A stretch of DNA of 64,000 nucleotides from an uncultured Christensenellaceae bacterium (GCA_910587225.1 CAJULT010000002.1:26963-90962); one strand, 5' to 3'. Positions 17,901 through 25,084 are shown, numbered from the stretch's first letter. Program-made: numbers and translations. Notes: a model not told the origin generated them from the letters alone.

Positions 17901-20327
17901 TCAGCAAAGCTGCGTTATACAATCGTTGATAACTTTGGAAAAACCACTACCTTCTCACACCTTGCGAATGCTCCGAAGTTTCCAACTGTTGAAAGCACGG
18001 GCGAGATTATTGAAATTTCAGAAGGCAGCAATGAGGTAACTTATATTTCAAATGGTCAACTAAACTATCAATATAACGAAAAAATATATAGCTGTAAAGT
18101 TTACCTCAACGATAAAGAAGTTGATTGGAATTCTTACCCATATAAAGGATTTGACGGCATTGTGTCACTTAGATTTGGCTCTACTGAATCAAACTATGAT
18201 AAACTTTACACATTAAAGTTGTTTGATAGCGAAACAGGTGTACATGAAAGCACTGTTTATATTAGACTATACAATCGCTTACCAGTATTCACCACTTCGG
18301 AAGATGATCTTAAAGATGAATCTGTTCAAAAACTATGGGTACGCGACAATTACAACAAATTGATAAACAACGCAACATCTCGCACTGAAACTGTCAAATT
18401 TAATGGCAAAGTTTACACTGGCTCTGCACACGTAATTAATACTTATTCAACCAACCTTACAGTCCAGTTTGACAATGGACAAAAGCTCAATGCTGCGCAC
18501 CCAAATGCGCATTCTAAAGGCTATTCATACAGCGTATATGCAAGCTATGACGGCGCAAACTGGATTAACATAAATAATATGTATAATGGTTTCACCCTCA
18601 AAACAGATGGTAGTGAAAAGTTGAACTGCAAGCTACTTATTGTCTATGACGACCTATTTAACTATGCATGTGAAATTTATGATATAAACATTCTTGACAG
18701 TGAATCAGCTCACTATTACGTTATGGTTGACGATCAAATCGTTGAAAAAGCAAATATAATCTTGACTGCTCCTGATGACCCAACCCAACAATATGGCACT
18801 AACTATATTGTAGCTGTAGATTATTACCATGACAGTGATAGAGTTAAAATCATCTCAGCTCCTGGATTTGAAGTAATTTATCAAGGCTTTATTCCTACAA
18901 CTGACCCAAGCATTAGGATAAACCACTATAAATTCCAAGGCAAAGAAGCTACAAATAAGAATCTTACCGGAGAATTCACAGTAATATATTTGAAACCTGA
19001 AAGCAAATTTTTAAACACCTTAAATTGGCAAGACCCATCTGGTGACCTACCTAGCCTACTTGATGAAACTTCTAAGACTATTACAGCTTATGAAAAAGAT
19101 GGGCAGGCAGGAAAGGCTCACCCTCTTGAAAAGCTTAAACTCACATGGTCTGGTTACTATGGTATTAGAGAAAACGCTGTAGAAATTGAAATTGAAAAAT
19201 GGTTTGACGGAAGATATATCCCTGTAAATATCGAAACCCACACAAATGGTGACGAAAGATATGGATATATCACCCGCGCAGGGAAATATCGCATAAAATT
19301 CCATGACCAGTCATCCCCTCGCAATTATCAAACATTCGGATCGGGAAATGTTACAGAACTTGAACTAACCTTTATAAACAATGTACCATTCCTTGTGACT
19401 TACAATGACGAAAACGGACAGAGCATAACAACTGAACCATTTGAACACGCTGTTTTCAATGGCGAAGTAAAGATTACACTTGCTGACCTTTCAACATATT
19501 TCCGTGATGGATACCCAACAGTTGAAGTAAAACGCAATGGCAAATCGATTTCGGTTACTCCATCCAACTATGTTTACAGTTTCAATCAACCTGGATATTA
19601 TGTTGTAAGTTTCGTTATTCCAGAGAATGGAACAAAGATTAGAACGGCTGACTACGCCTTTACAATTCTAGGCAAAAATGAAAGTCGCTATGCATATGAA
19701 TTCTCCCCTTACAAAAATTACCATATCACAAAGGTAGTTCGTGACGGAGATGACATAACCGCAGACCTTGTAGCACTTTCAAATAATAACCTAATTATTA
19801 ACGGAAAACCATATCTATCAAGACTTAGTGTAAGTTGCTTTGATGATAAAACTGGCACTGGTAGATATACTGTTACCATAAACACAGGCGATCCTTACTA
19901 TTCAAATATAACCTCTAGTTCATTTACCTTTGACTTCTGGATTAATGATGCTACCCCACTCATTAACGTTTCAGTAGGAAGAGGTGAAAGTACAACAAAC
20001 CGAATCTACGCAACCTTTGATGCTTATTCACTTTATGAAACAGTTGGTGATTGCGTAATTAAAATTGGCTCACAGGAAACGCCTATCAATGCTGATACAC
20101 TTGAAGCAGTTGGCGGAGCTAATGCAACAGTATATGTTCCTGAAGCTGAAGGCACATACTATATTCAAATCTTCACAACTGGCGGAAACCTTTTGTTCAG
20201 CTATAAGGTTGTTAAAACAAAACCTTTAGACACTTGGACAATTATAGCTATTGTAATTGCAGTCATTGCAGTTGTAGCAATTGCACTTATTACAATCTTA
20301 CTTAGAAAACGCTTAAAGGTTAAATAA
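11919..20327 (+). CDS. Giant (2802 aa) secreted surface protein, C-terminal TM-anchored, with diverged Ig-like repeats (putative adhesin)
   Basis: Signal peptide MFKYKKLFSLISIVTLGTLGLGAGLL...SASA. C-terminal helix WTIIAIVIAVIAVVAIALITILL plus basic tail RKRLKVK. At least 12 G-x-Y-x-h-x-h strand motifs, including GLYIFEVYDDAGNSS and GYYEVIETDYAGNMTVYVVYV. Confidence 0.75.
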   Translation: MFKYKKLFSLISIVTLGTLGLGAGLLTKDSQSASAEFAASVPSINKTEYEFLDVNTSSLSRYEKSHDNSYLFVNPSEQVSLNIANNEVKIKAEENSGKDYYTNYAYMPDETNPNDYTYFNFDASTIALYYDTDADGAASKVSSGSDNLFALLDKSKFFESHNDSKYIPTYDLMPQRFEMNFSLNVANTEITQTGNEVVLDREGLYTLVLPYTKYHTSNGEQTFDAPEGGTLYYTFTAFNYLTYFTNSNPNLTVNTEQAGIEKRTLTTSLTHSASYFYNYSGTDNELPNFSYNPNRYQVIITYYKTEGKNTITYKSKIEYDKASKTISHKEADPLKAGYGEELAEKDRLVDAYIPSEGNEQNLHLVFNNLGEYDLQFDYIYVAGDNTIYTLPLTTKRQKVFCYGYQVSYTDYETEDSSSGVMAESKELKTVVNGKIEESADITYLVNTTGLHQHSSDAYSIDAIKEKAQNFIQARNLSTTGDYHINPISTNQVPIKFSSNVKRSTYDTKTELGGAKIYKVDKDRNLVDEDDFDGTNINEPGTYLVIIDYTFDSYAGDNGAPRNTYHHYQVLYFTVRNNIPTISVYDQAGKPIHTLNPEQGQGYTNQNVYIIDENAELDYDAKSIITISAEDFSGNVIIPETNIKNFVGSYYSGIHYEEQFDDTPAHPASGKTVLWIESGLAPNAKYTVRVTSTAITDYSSRQFIIDTSSISGLSANYVEYVANSSYKARDTIVTYNQNNIAQNIGLSNQPIIFSWQPKLSGANTYGYYQFYPIESLNYYSHSNDSSLLDTLLYSLEKPMLPTENKLELTELKDWDEYKNAKDVLQKYVPESYVRSQAGLYIFEVYDDAGNSSVIITLLDNTNPIFVKKATPKDGSFDEWTVLSSSDTIAATDAYAQTQILWGKYKGLYINYNQNTNPLFSTELKHANNAEIPESDNNDNLQQTIKAFFDSFVETLSIDSLAGSPPDGTINSYDGDYIHIAIANNFFAKHAEDSEYKPLSGNSYSITLLRNDEAIEGTYSILLRDSSNSQGANNEHGFLNYPSGNATITVTSDASRLEVVIPNGDGELTPLMKEGYTLSGNFYSHTKKLNNDTGETETKINKNPEQETDDISWESTSDRFKYSYYQPTKTTKSLSLSYIPRPVNGSEVESIEVEYYAPSTSTTAFETKPSGSKDEVAEKITYITYENEPTTRIPVYPISTETNITEGKAYTFDLALQSGKEVSDGKYVITRKYKAGSEQIIKESYDFFERTLTLIIDRENVISYPQDVSTKDKNGKDQFSSQSYIGADILLSMYSEAEQGGINVSFPTLNEYGLNSGLLFSSQTSEDADITPRLYTNKLPLTLNVPAYKYTMGHKYIEGNSYSTEFNNLLNTMGDSRIEPFKENGVTSYKVYVEGILAQTFDNESEALAYLAKTQMVSMKLTVEVAYNGEEEFYKSNGTQSNGYLNLYKVNSLFETPTSSTPAKFTKPGIYDVTIHQAYGTGSIGEDFKSSYRFRFEVTSTKPEFTLKNADGKVLQSAPGKAGTETYYTNTDELTVEWEDPTSPYLAKINKGNIRVFANNVWTTISAENIITSGNHHHFKLNCKDLTKGNAIQIVMEFEGHDSYYQKTTKEIVFDKTAPLQNLNSLISKVTSAYPTFDAIYIQTHARKLFTADGTTEIRLDDLLDERYLETRLEEVGYSYTIEENELTNYAYLVNEKYFNLLKESLKSNSNYDWKSADSIYFREIKNYKEYTQTKGTFNEENYFKVKDIDENFTINNAGYYEVIETDYAGNMTVYVVYVAGQGEKDYKDNKKGITYENKLTINSGENACFSDEFIESQKTIYSDTQFKATSLNYRGDEWGIYEIELYGIKRVYMRSPHLSDGEIYQVMGRKFKTVSINSIFNNITHNTRLQNLKVSNRATGINYNVKLAFMDNTELYYKVTDAEKSVVLTINMPNANTIASMGCVYPVSIKVENYLDEWNELDTLSYPNWTSSNKNIIVTTLGNNLVITASIGSSNSAKLRYTIVDNFGKTTTFSHLANAPKFPTVESTGEIIEISEGSNEVTYISNGQLNYQYNEKIYSCKVYLNDKEVDWNSYPYKGFDGIVSLRFGSTESNYDKLYTLKLFDSETGVHESTVYIRLYNRLPVFTTSEDDLKDESVQKLWVRDNYNKLINNATSRTETVKFNGKVYTGSAHVINTYSTNLTVQFDNGQKLNAAHPNAHSKGYSYSVYASYDGANWININNMYNGFTLKTDGSEKLNCKLLIVYDDLFNYACEIYDINILDSESAHYYVMVDDQIVEKANIILTAPDDPTQQYGTNYIVAVDYYHDSDRVKIISAPGFEVIYQGFIPTTDPSIRINHYKFQGKEATNKNLTGEFTVIYLKPESKFLNTLNWQDPSGDLPSLLDETSKTITAYEKDGQAGKAHPLEKLKLTWSGYYGIRENAVEIEIEKWFDGRYIPVNIETHTNGDERYGYITRAGKYRIKFHDQSSPRNYQTFGSGNVTELELTFINNVPFLVTYNDENGQSITTEPFEHAVFNGEVKITLADLSTYFRDGYPTVEVKRNGKSISVTPSNYVYSFNQPGYYVVSFVIPENGTKIRTADYAFTILGKNESRYAYEFSPYKNYHITKVVRDGDDITADLVALSNNNLIINGKPYLSRLSVSCFDDKTGTGRYTVTINTGDPYYSNITSSSFTFDFWINDATPLINVSVGRGESTTNRIYATFDAYSLYETVGDCVIKIGSQETPINADTLEAVGGANATVYVPEAEGTYYIQIFTTGGNLLFSYKVVKTKPLDTWTIIAIVIAVIAVVAIALITILLRKRLKVK

Positions 20328-20355
20328 AAAAGAAGGCAAACGCCTTCTTTTTTTA
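20328..20355 (+). terminator. Rho-independent terminator
   Basis: AGAAGGC-AAAC-GCCTTCT hairpin followed by T7, directly after the stop at 20327. Confidence 0.9.
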
Positions 20356-20374
20356 CTTAATATAAAATTTTATC

Positions 20375-20402
20375 TTGACAAAATCTGAAAGTATGATATT
20401 AT
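20375..20402 (+). promoter_or_regulatory. Sigma-A promoter with extended -10
   Basis: TTGACA (20375-80), 16-nt spacer, TGaTATTAT (20394-20402). The ORF-track start 20375 is the -35 box itself. Confidence 0.7.
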
Positions 20403-20428
20403 TTAACTATACAAAGGAGGGAACTTGT

Positions 20429-20941
20429 ATGACAATGGAAAACAAAAACTTTTTAAGACCTGCACTTACTCAAATTTTAGCTGAACATCTTAAAAAGAAT
20501 GATATTTCTATATCAGACCCAAAAAATCTTGCTTTTTCTAGTTTTGAATGTGATAAGAGTGAAAAGCAAATATTAAACTCAACCCTATATACCATGCTAC
20601 AAAAGAAGAAACTTGCAAACTTTGATAGTCTTGCGGAAAATTATCTTCAACTCGCTGTTGCAAAAAACCAGTTTGAACTAGGGGTTGGGAAATCGAGTTT
20701 AGAAAAAGCTCAAATAGCAGGTATAGAGGATTTATCTTTTTACCAAAGAATTAAAGAAGTATTGCTTGAAGGCGCTATAAAAGTTGGAGCTAACAGCAAG
20801 TTGGAACTTGAAGCATACCTTGACTTTCTTTCAGCTAATGCCAAAACACTGTGGAACAAGACTGCTTGCACAGGCAGATGGCTAATATTTGGGGAAATTG
20901 AAAGCGAAATCACACACGAACTTTCATTTCAAGATGAATAA
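20429..20941 (+). CDS. Hypothetical helical protein (170 aa)
   Basis: AAGGAGGG RBS before ATG 20429. No signal peptide or TM segment. No family recognised. Confidence 0.55.
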   Translation: MTMENKNFLRPALTQILAEHLKKNDISISDPKNLAFSSFECDKSEKQILNSTLYTMLQKKKLANFDSLAENYLQLAVAKNQFELGVGKSSLEKAQIAGIEDLSFYQRIKEVLLEGAIKVGANSKLELEAYLDFLSANAKTLWNKTACTGRWLIFGEIESEITHELSFQDE

Positions 20942-20952
20942 GGAGAGAACTT

Positions 20953-21372
20953 ATGGAAGAAAATAGCATGTTTCAAAATGAAATTCAAACTCTTGAAAAA
21001 ATTACTATAGATACCGTTACAAGAATTGAGCAACTTAAGCAAATCAAAAGCAGCCTCCTTGACAAACAACTTTTAGCCGGCGGCGCATTTGCAGAGCCTG
21101 CAAGCAAAGTTATCAGCCTTGACAGCAAAGCGAATGATTTGCTCAAAAAATATAACAAATTACTAAAAGAACTCGGCCCTGCCATTGAATGGTTTAACGT
21201 TGCAATTTACGCAGATGCAAAAACGCAAAGATATGCCTACAAATACTGCATAGATATCCTTCCTAATAGGTTTGCACACCTTGAGAAGATGGCGAAAAGT
21301 TATGCCAGCAGCACACATACGAGGCTTAAAAAAGAAGGCTCACGCCTTCTTTTTTGTGGCATAAACGCCTGA
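20953..21372 (+). CDS. Hypothetical coiled-coil-like protein (139 aa)
   Basis: AAGGAGAG RBS 11 nt after the previous stop. Heptad-like N-terminus. The last ~15 codons run through a terminator hairpin. Confidence 0.5.
   Translation: MEENSMFQNEIQTLEKITIDTVTRIEQLKQIKSSLLDKQLLAGGAFAEPASKVISLDSKANDLLKKYNKLLKELGPAIEWFNVAIYADAKTQRYAYKYCIDILPNRFAHLEKMAKSYASSTHTRLKKEGSRLLFCGINA
21328..21356 (+). terminator. Rho-independent terminator (near-copy of 20328-20355)
   Basis: AGAAGGC-TCAC-GCCTTCT hairpin followed by T6. 25 of 28 nt identical to the terminator after the giant gene. Confidence 0.8.
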
Positions 21373-21420
21373 TGAGTCAGCCAACTTCCATATCTGCCCT
21401 CCTCACCTTCTATTTTACTC

Positions 21421-21428
21421 GGGGGGGG
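21421..21428. repeat. G8 homopolymer abutting a -35-like TTGTCA
   Basis: GGGGGGGG at 21421-21428 sits 2 nt upstream of TTGTCA (21431-36), in otherwise AT-rich intergenic DNA. Confidence 0.9.
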
Positions 21429-21471
21429 ATTTGTCAAGTAAATTCCGCGGTTTATAAATTTTCTTTTATTA

Positions 21472-21499
21472 TTGACAAAACCGCGAAATTTGATATAAT
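21472..21499 (+). promoter_or_regulatory. Sigma-A promoter with extended -10
   Basis: TTGACA (21472-77), 16-nt spacer, TGaTATAAT (21491-99), about 20 nt upstream of ATG 21520 with an AGGAGAG RBS. Confidence 0.7.
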
Positions 21500-21519
21500 A
21501 TTTCTAGGAGAGTTTATAT

Positions 21520-21810
21520 ATGAAATTTAGAACATTTACTTTAGAAGAAGTAGCTGAAGAGCTGGATAAGGCTATTTCAAAAGCCAACAGCTACAAAGAG
21601 TCTATAGAAGGTGTGCAAAATATCGAAGCACAAAAAATTAGACTTCATTGCAGGCATATCATTTTAAAAGCTAAGTCCTTTAAAGAAGGCTTGGTTAGCG
21701 CTAACTTAAATTTCCCTCATAAACAGTTGGAACTGTTTACAACTATTCAAAATATAGCAAATGAGTTTAATACTATTGAAAACAAGCTTAACCATTTAGA
21801 AGAGCAATAA
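21520..21810 (+). CDS. Hypothetical small helical protein (96 aa)
   Basis: Consensus promoter, RBS and downstream terminator. The sequence looks all-helical. No family recognised. Confidence 0.55.
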   Translation: MKFRTFTLEEVAEELDKAISKANSYKESIEGVQNIEAQKIRLHCRHIILKAKSFKEGLVSANLNFPHKQLELFTTIQNIANEFNTIENKLNHLEEQ

Positions 21811-21839
21811 AAAAACTTGCAAATAATGCAAGTTTTTTA
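21811..21839. terminator. Bidirectional terminator (96-aa gene / rplA)
   Basis: AACTTGCA-AATAA-TGCAAGTT hairpin flanked by A- and T-runs. Confidence 0.85.
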
Positions 21840-21842
21840 TTA

Positions 21843-22523
21843 TTACATAGTTGTAACAAGTTTAATTCCAGGTCCCATTGAAGAAGCAATAGTGATGCTC
21901 TTAAGGTATTGTCCTTTAGCTGCGGCTGGTTTTGCCTTTACAATAGCTTCAATAACCGTATTGTAGTTTTCAACAAGCTTTTCTTTACCAAAGCTTACTT
22001 TACCGATAACTACGTGAACAATATTGCTCTTGTCAAGTCTATATTCAACCTTACCAGCTTTCGCATCAGTGATAGCTTTTACAACATCCATAGTAACTGT
22101 TCCGCTCTTTGGGTTAGGCATAAGGCCTTTAGGGCCAAGTACTCTAGCTACGCGTCCTACAACGCCCATCATATCAGGAGTTGTGATACATACGTCAAAG
22201 TCAAGCCATCCACCTTGGATTTTAGCTACAATGTCTTCAGCGCCAACATAGTCAGCTCCTGCTTTAAGTGCATCGTCTGCCTTGTCGCCCTTAGCGATAA
22301 CTAAGATTCTTACGCTTTTACCAGTACCATTTGGAAGTACGCACACGCCACGAACTTGTTGATCAGCGTTACGTCCGTCAACGCCAAGTCTTACGTGAAG
22401 TTCAACTGTTTCATCAAACTTAGCCTTTGGAAGAGCTAAAAGTGCGTCAAATCCGCTATTTACATCATAAGCGCCTGTTTTAAGCTGCTCGCAAGCTGCT
22501 TTATATCTTTTACCTACTTTCAT
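21843..22523 (-). CDS. rplA: 50S ribosomal protein L1
   Basis: 226 aa. [23 protein letters not shown] and MPNPKSGTV are typical L1 sequence. Located immediately downstream of rplK. Confidence 0.95.
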   Translation of the reverse strand: MKVGKRYKAACEQLKTGAYDVNSGFDALLALPKAKFDETVELHVRLGVDGRNADQQVRGVCVLPNGTGKSVRILVIAKGDKADDALKAGADYVGAEDIVAKIQGGWLDFDVCITTPDMMGVVGRVARVLGPKGLMPNPKSGTVTMDVVKAITDAKAGKVEYRLDKSNIVHVVIGKVSFGKEKLVENYNTVIEAIVKAKPAAAKGQYLKSITIASSMGPGIKLVTTM

Positions 22524-22533
22524 TTTGCCCTCC

Positions 22534-22962
22534 TTAGTCTACAACCTTAACGCCCATACTACGTGCGGCGCCGGCAATCATAGACTCAGCAGATTCAATG
22601 TCAGTGCAGTTAAGATCTGGCATCTTGGTTTCAGCGATTTGTCTAATTTGCGCTCTTGTAATTTGTCCGACTTTTGTTTTGTTTGGTGCTGCGCTCCCCT
22701 TTTCAAGTCCAATAGCCTTCTTGATAAGTACGGCTGCTGGTGGAGTTTTAAGCACGAAGGTGAAGCTTCTATCTTCATAGATAGTGATCACCACTGGAAT
22801 GATAAGCCCTGCCGAAGCGGCGGTCTTGTCATTGAACTCTTTGGTAAAACCAGCGATGTTGATACCATGAGGTCCAAGTGAAGAACCTACTGGTGGTCCC
22901 GGTGTGGCTTTACCTGCTGGCAATTGTAATTTAACAACTGCTGCAACTTTCTTTGCTGCCAT
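22534..22962 (-). CDS. rplK: 50S ribosomal protein L11
   Basis: 142 aa. [26 protein letters not shown]...LGPHGINI is the L11 signature. Confidence 0.95.
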   Translation of the reverse strand: MAAKKVAAVVKLQLPAGKATPGPPVGSSLGPHGINIAGFTKEFNDKTAASAGLIIPVVITIYEDRSFTFVLKTPPAAVLIKKAIGLEKGSAAPNKTKVGQITRAQIRQIAETKMPDLNCTDIESAESMIAGAARSMGVKVVD

Positions 22963-22976
22963 TTTTTCCTCCTTAT

Positions 22977-23014
22977 GTGGTTAGTTTTGAACGGTTGCAG
23001 TTCCGTTCTCCCAC
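22977..23014 (-). promoter_or_regulatory. Leader hairpin just upstream of the rplK RBS (possible L1 autoregulatory site)
   Basis: Minus strand GUGG-GA-GAACGG-AACUGCAA-CCGUUC-AAAACUAA-CCAC, followed by AUAAGGAGG and the start codon. The assignment as an L1-binding site is inference only. Confidence 0.3.
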
Positions 23015-23081
23015 GCTTAGTTTTTTATACTAGGTCTTTCCTAGTGTATATGTAAGCGGCGTTAGCCGCGATATACCATAA

Positions 23082-23681
23082 TTAGTTAATTTTTCGTACC
23101 TGAGCAAATTCAAGGTCAACGGCGGTTTCCCTACCAAACATTTCAACATTGACAGTAAGTTGGTTCATGTCGCCATTAACAGAAGTGATTTGTCCAATCA
23201 TACCATTAAGTGGTCCATCAACTATTTCAACTCTGTCACCTGCTGCAAGGTCAACCTCAACCTTAATTTTCTCAAGACGAAGTTTCATAACTTCCTCTTC
23301 GGTAAGAGCAAGTGGACGTCCCTTAGGCCCTACAAAACCAGTTACTCCGCGAGTATAGATGATATTGTGCCAAAGGTCATCAGCGTATTTGATTTTTGCT
23401 AAGATATAGCATGGCATTGCCTTGCGTTGAACAAGTTTCTTTTTACCATTCTTCTCTTCAACAACATCTTCCATTGGAATAACTACTTCAAGTATCCTAT
23501 CTTGAAGACCAAATTTTTCAATCATATTTTCAAGATTTTCTTTGGCTACATTTTCATATCCCGAAAAGGTGTGAAGCACATACCATTTTGCTTCCAATTT
23601 CTGAGCTAAATCACTTGAAGATTCAGTTGGAACTGTGATAATGTCGTCACTTGTTTTGGTTTCAATTTCCTTATTTTCCAT
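23082..23681 (-). CDS. nusG: Transcription termination/antitermination factor NusG
   Basis: NGN domain WYVLHTFSGYENVAKENL and a C-terminal KOW (GDRVEIVDGPLNGMIGQI). About 30-aa N-terminal extension. Confidence 0.9.
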   Translation of the reverse strand: MENKEIETKTSDDIITVPTESSSDLAQKLEAKWYVLHTFSGYENVAKENLENMIEKFGLQDRILEVVIPMEDVVEEKNGKKKLVQRKAMPCYILAKIKYADDLWHNIIYTRGVTGFVGPKGRPLALTEEEVMKLRLEKIKVEVDLAAGDRVEIVDGPLNGMIGQITSVNGDMNQLTVNVEMFGRETAVDLEFAQVRKIN

Positions 23682-23692
23682 AGTTTACTCCT

Positions 23693-24037
23693 TTACGCTG
23701 CTGGTGCAAGAAGACCAAATAATAGGCCAAGCAGATAGTCTATTCCGAAAAGAACTACTGCAAAAATAAGCACAACCACAAGTACGACACCAGTCTTTTT
23801 AACAACCTCTTTAAAGGTTGGCCAAGTCACCTTTTTAAGTTCAGACACAGTTTCCTTAGTCTTCTTGGCTACTGTATGCTTGCGCTCTTTTTTCTTTTTC
23901 TTGTCCTTAGCTTTTTTATCAGCGTTTTTGTCAGCTGGCTTAGCCTTGGCAGATTTTGGATTTGGATCGTTTACTGCCATAGTTTCTTCAGCCGCTACCT
24001 CTGTCGTAAGATCAGTTTTCTTCGACTTTTTAGACAT
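23693..24037 (-). CDS. secE: Preprotein translocase subunit SecE (Lys-rich N-terminal extension)
   Basis: C-terminal ELKKVTWPTFKEVVKKTGVVLVVVLIFAVVLFGIDYLL is the SecE TM core. Positioned between rpmG and nusG. Confidence 0.85.
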   Translation of the reverse strand: MSKKSKKTDLTTEVAAEETMAVNDPNPKSAKAKPADKNADKKAKDKKKKKERKHTVAKKTKETVSELKKVTWPTFKEVVKKTGVVLVVVLIFAVVLFGIDYLLGLLFGLLAPAA

Positions 24038-24049
24038 AGTTCCCCCAGT

Positions 24050-24211
24050 TTACTTAGTTTCTTTGTGAACAGTTCTCTTTCCACAACGAGAGCAGAATTT
24101 TTTGATTTCAATTCTCTCAGGATTAGCTGTCGCATTCTTAGATGTTGCGTAATTTCTCTCTTGACATTCAGTGCAAGCAAGAGTAATCAATTTGCGTTTT
24201 GGTGCTGCCAT
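24050..24211 (-). CDS. rpmG: 50S ribosomal protein L33 (Zn-ribbon form)
   Basis: Not in the ORF track (53 aa). Translation is [60 protein letters not shown]. Confidence 0.9.
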   Translation of the reverse strand: MAAPKRKLITLACTECQERNYATSKNATANPERIEIKKFCSRCGKRTVHKETK

Positions 24212-24226
24212 AATTTATCTCCTAAC

Positions 24227-24258
24227 AAAAAACTAACACCCCGCGATGAAGTGTTAGT
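24227..24258 (-). terminator. Terminator-type hairpin between the rpmG promoter and the rpmG RBS
   Basis: Minus strand ACTAACAC-(11 nt)-GTGTTAGT followed by T6. The 5' arm begins only 3 nt after the -10 hexamer. Confidence 0.6.
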
Positions 24259-24261
24259 CAT

Positions 24262-24290
24262 ATAATACCATAATTATTCAAAGTTGTCAA
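24262..24290 (-). promoter_or_regulatory. Sigma-A promoter of rpmG-secE-nusG
   Basis: Minus strand TTGACA (24290-85), 17-nt spacer, TGgTATTAT (-10 hexamer at 24267-62). Confidence 0.7.
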
Positions 24291-24335
24291 CAGTTTTATA
24301 CTTATTTTATATCAAAATTTGATGAAAGAAACACT

Positions 24336-25010
24336 TTAAGTATTTTCATCAACCTTAAAAAATTTTGCTATGCTTTCTCCTGCTTTTTTCGTTTTAAAAT
24401 CATATAAAGAATTAGCATAATCTACCATGCTAGTTTTATCCATTCCTTCCATCTGAGCTTTTACATGGTCGATTACTTCTGTAAAATCCGGTCTTGCCTC
24501 TTTTAGCTGATCAAAAATATATGTTCTTTCTGGATTCATAGCATAAATTTGCGCCATAGACCAAATTAAATCACAATCATTTTCTGGTAAAAAATCGGGC
24601 TTTTCTGGATATAAAAATAATTCAACTTTACCCTGCTGTTCAAATTCTTGTAACATGTGCAAATGACTATCATATTTAGTTACTTCTAAAGGTTCGGTTT
24701 CCTTAGGTGACCGAACTTCATTACGTCCCCAATTATCTTCGTCAAAATAATCGAAATCTTTTGCATCTAGTTTGTAAATATAAATTGGCTTGTCATGGTT
24801 TTTAAAATAATCCTTTGACCTTTCTACAACGACATATTTACCATATTTACATCTCAAATCTGCATTTATTGTTCCTGCCCTAAATCCAAAAATGCCTGCA
24901 AGTTCAAAGTATGGAGTTGCATAGACAAATTCACCTTTTTGTGTCGCTTGTCTAGGTCTAAAAACCTTTATATCTCCCCTATCGCTTCCGTGATAAACAA
25001 ATCCTTCCAT
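24336..25010 (-). CDS. Hypothetical protein (224 aa)
   Basis: Own promoter (TTGACA-N17-TAAAAT) and GGAGGAG RBS. N-terminus FVYHGSDRGDIKVFRP...GEFVYATP. No family confidently recognised. Confidence 0.5.
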   Translation of the reverse strand: MEGFVYHGSDRGDIKVFRPRQATQKGEFVYATPYFELAGIFGFRAGTINADLRCKYGKYVVVERSKDYFKNHDKPIYIYKLDAKDFDYFDEDNWGRNEVRSPKETEPLEVTKYDSHLHMLQEFEQQGKVELFLYPEKPDFLPENDCDLIWSMAQIYAMNPERTYIFDQLKEARPDFTEVIDHVKAQMEGMDKTSMVDYANSLYDFKTKKAGESIAKFFKVDENT

Positions 25011-25057
25011 ATCTCCTCCACTTTTATTTTACTGTCTTAAATAAAATATGTCAAGAT

Positions 25058-25084
25058 AAAAAAACGGACATGTTGTCCGTTTTT
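25058..25084. terminator. Bidirectional terminator
   Basis: ACGGACA-TGT-TGTCCGT hairpin flanked by A7 and T5 runs. It overlaps the stop of the HicB-like gene. Confidence 0.8.
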
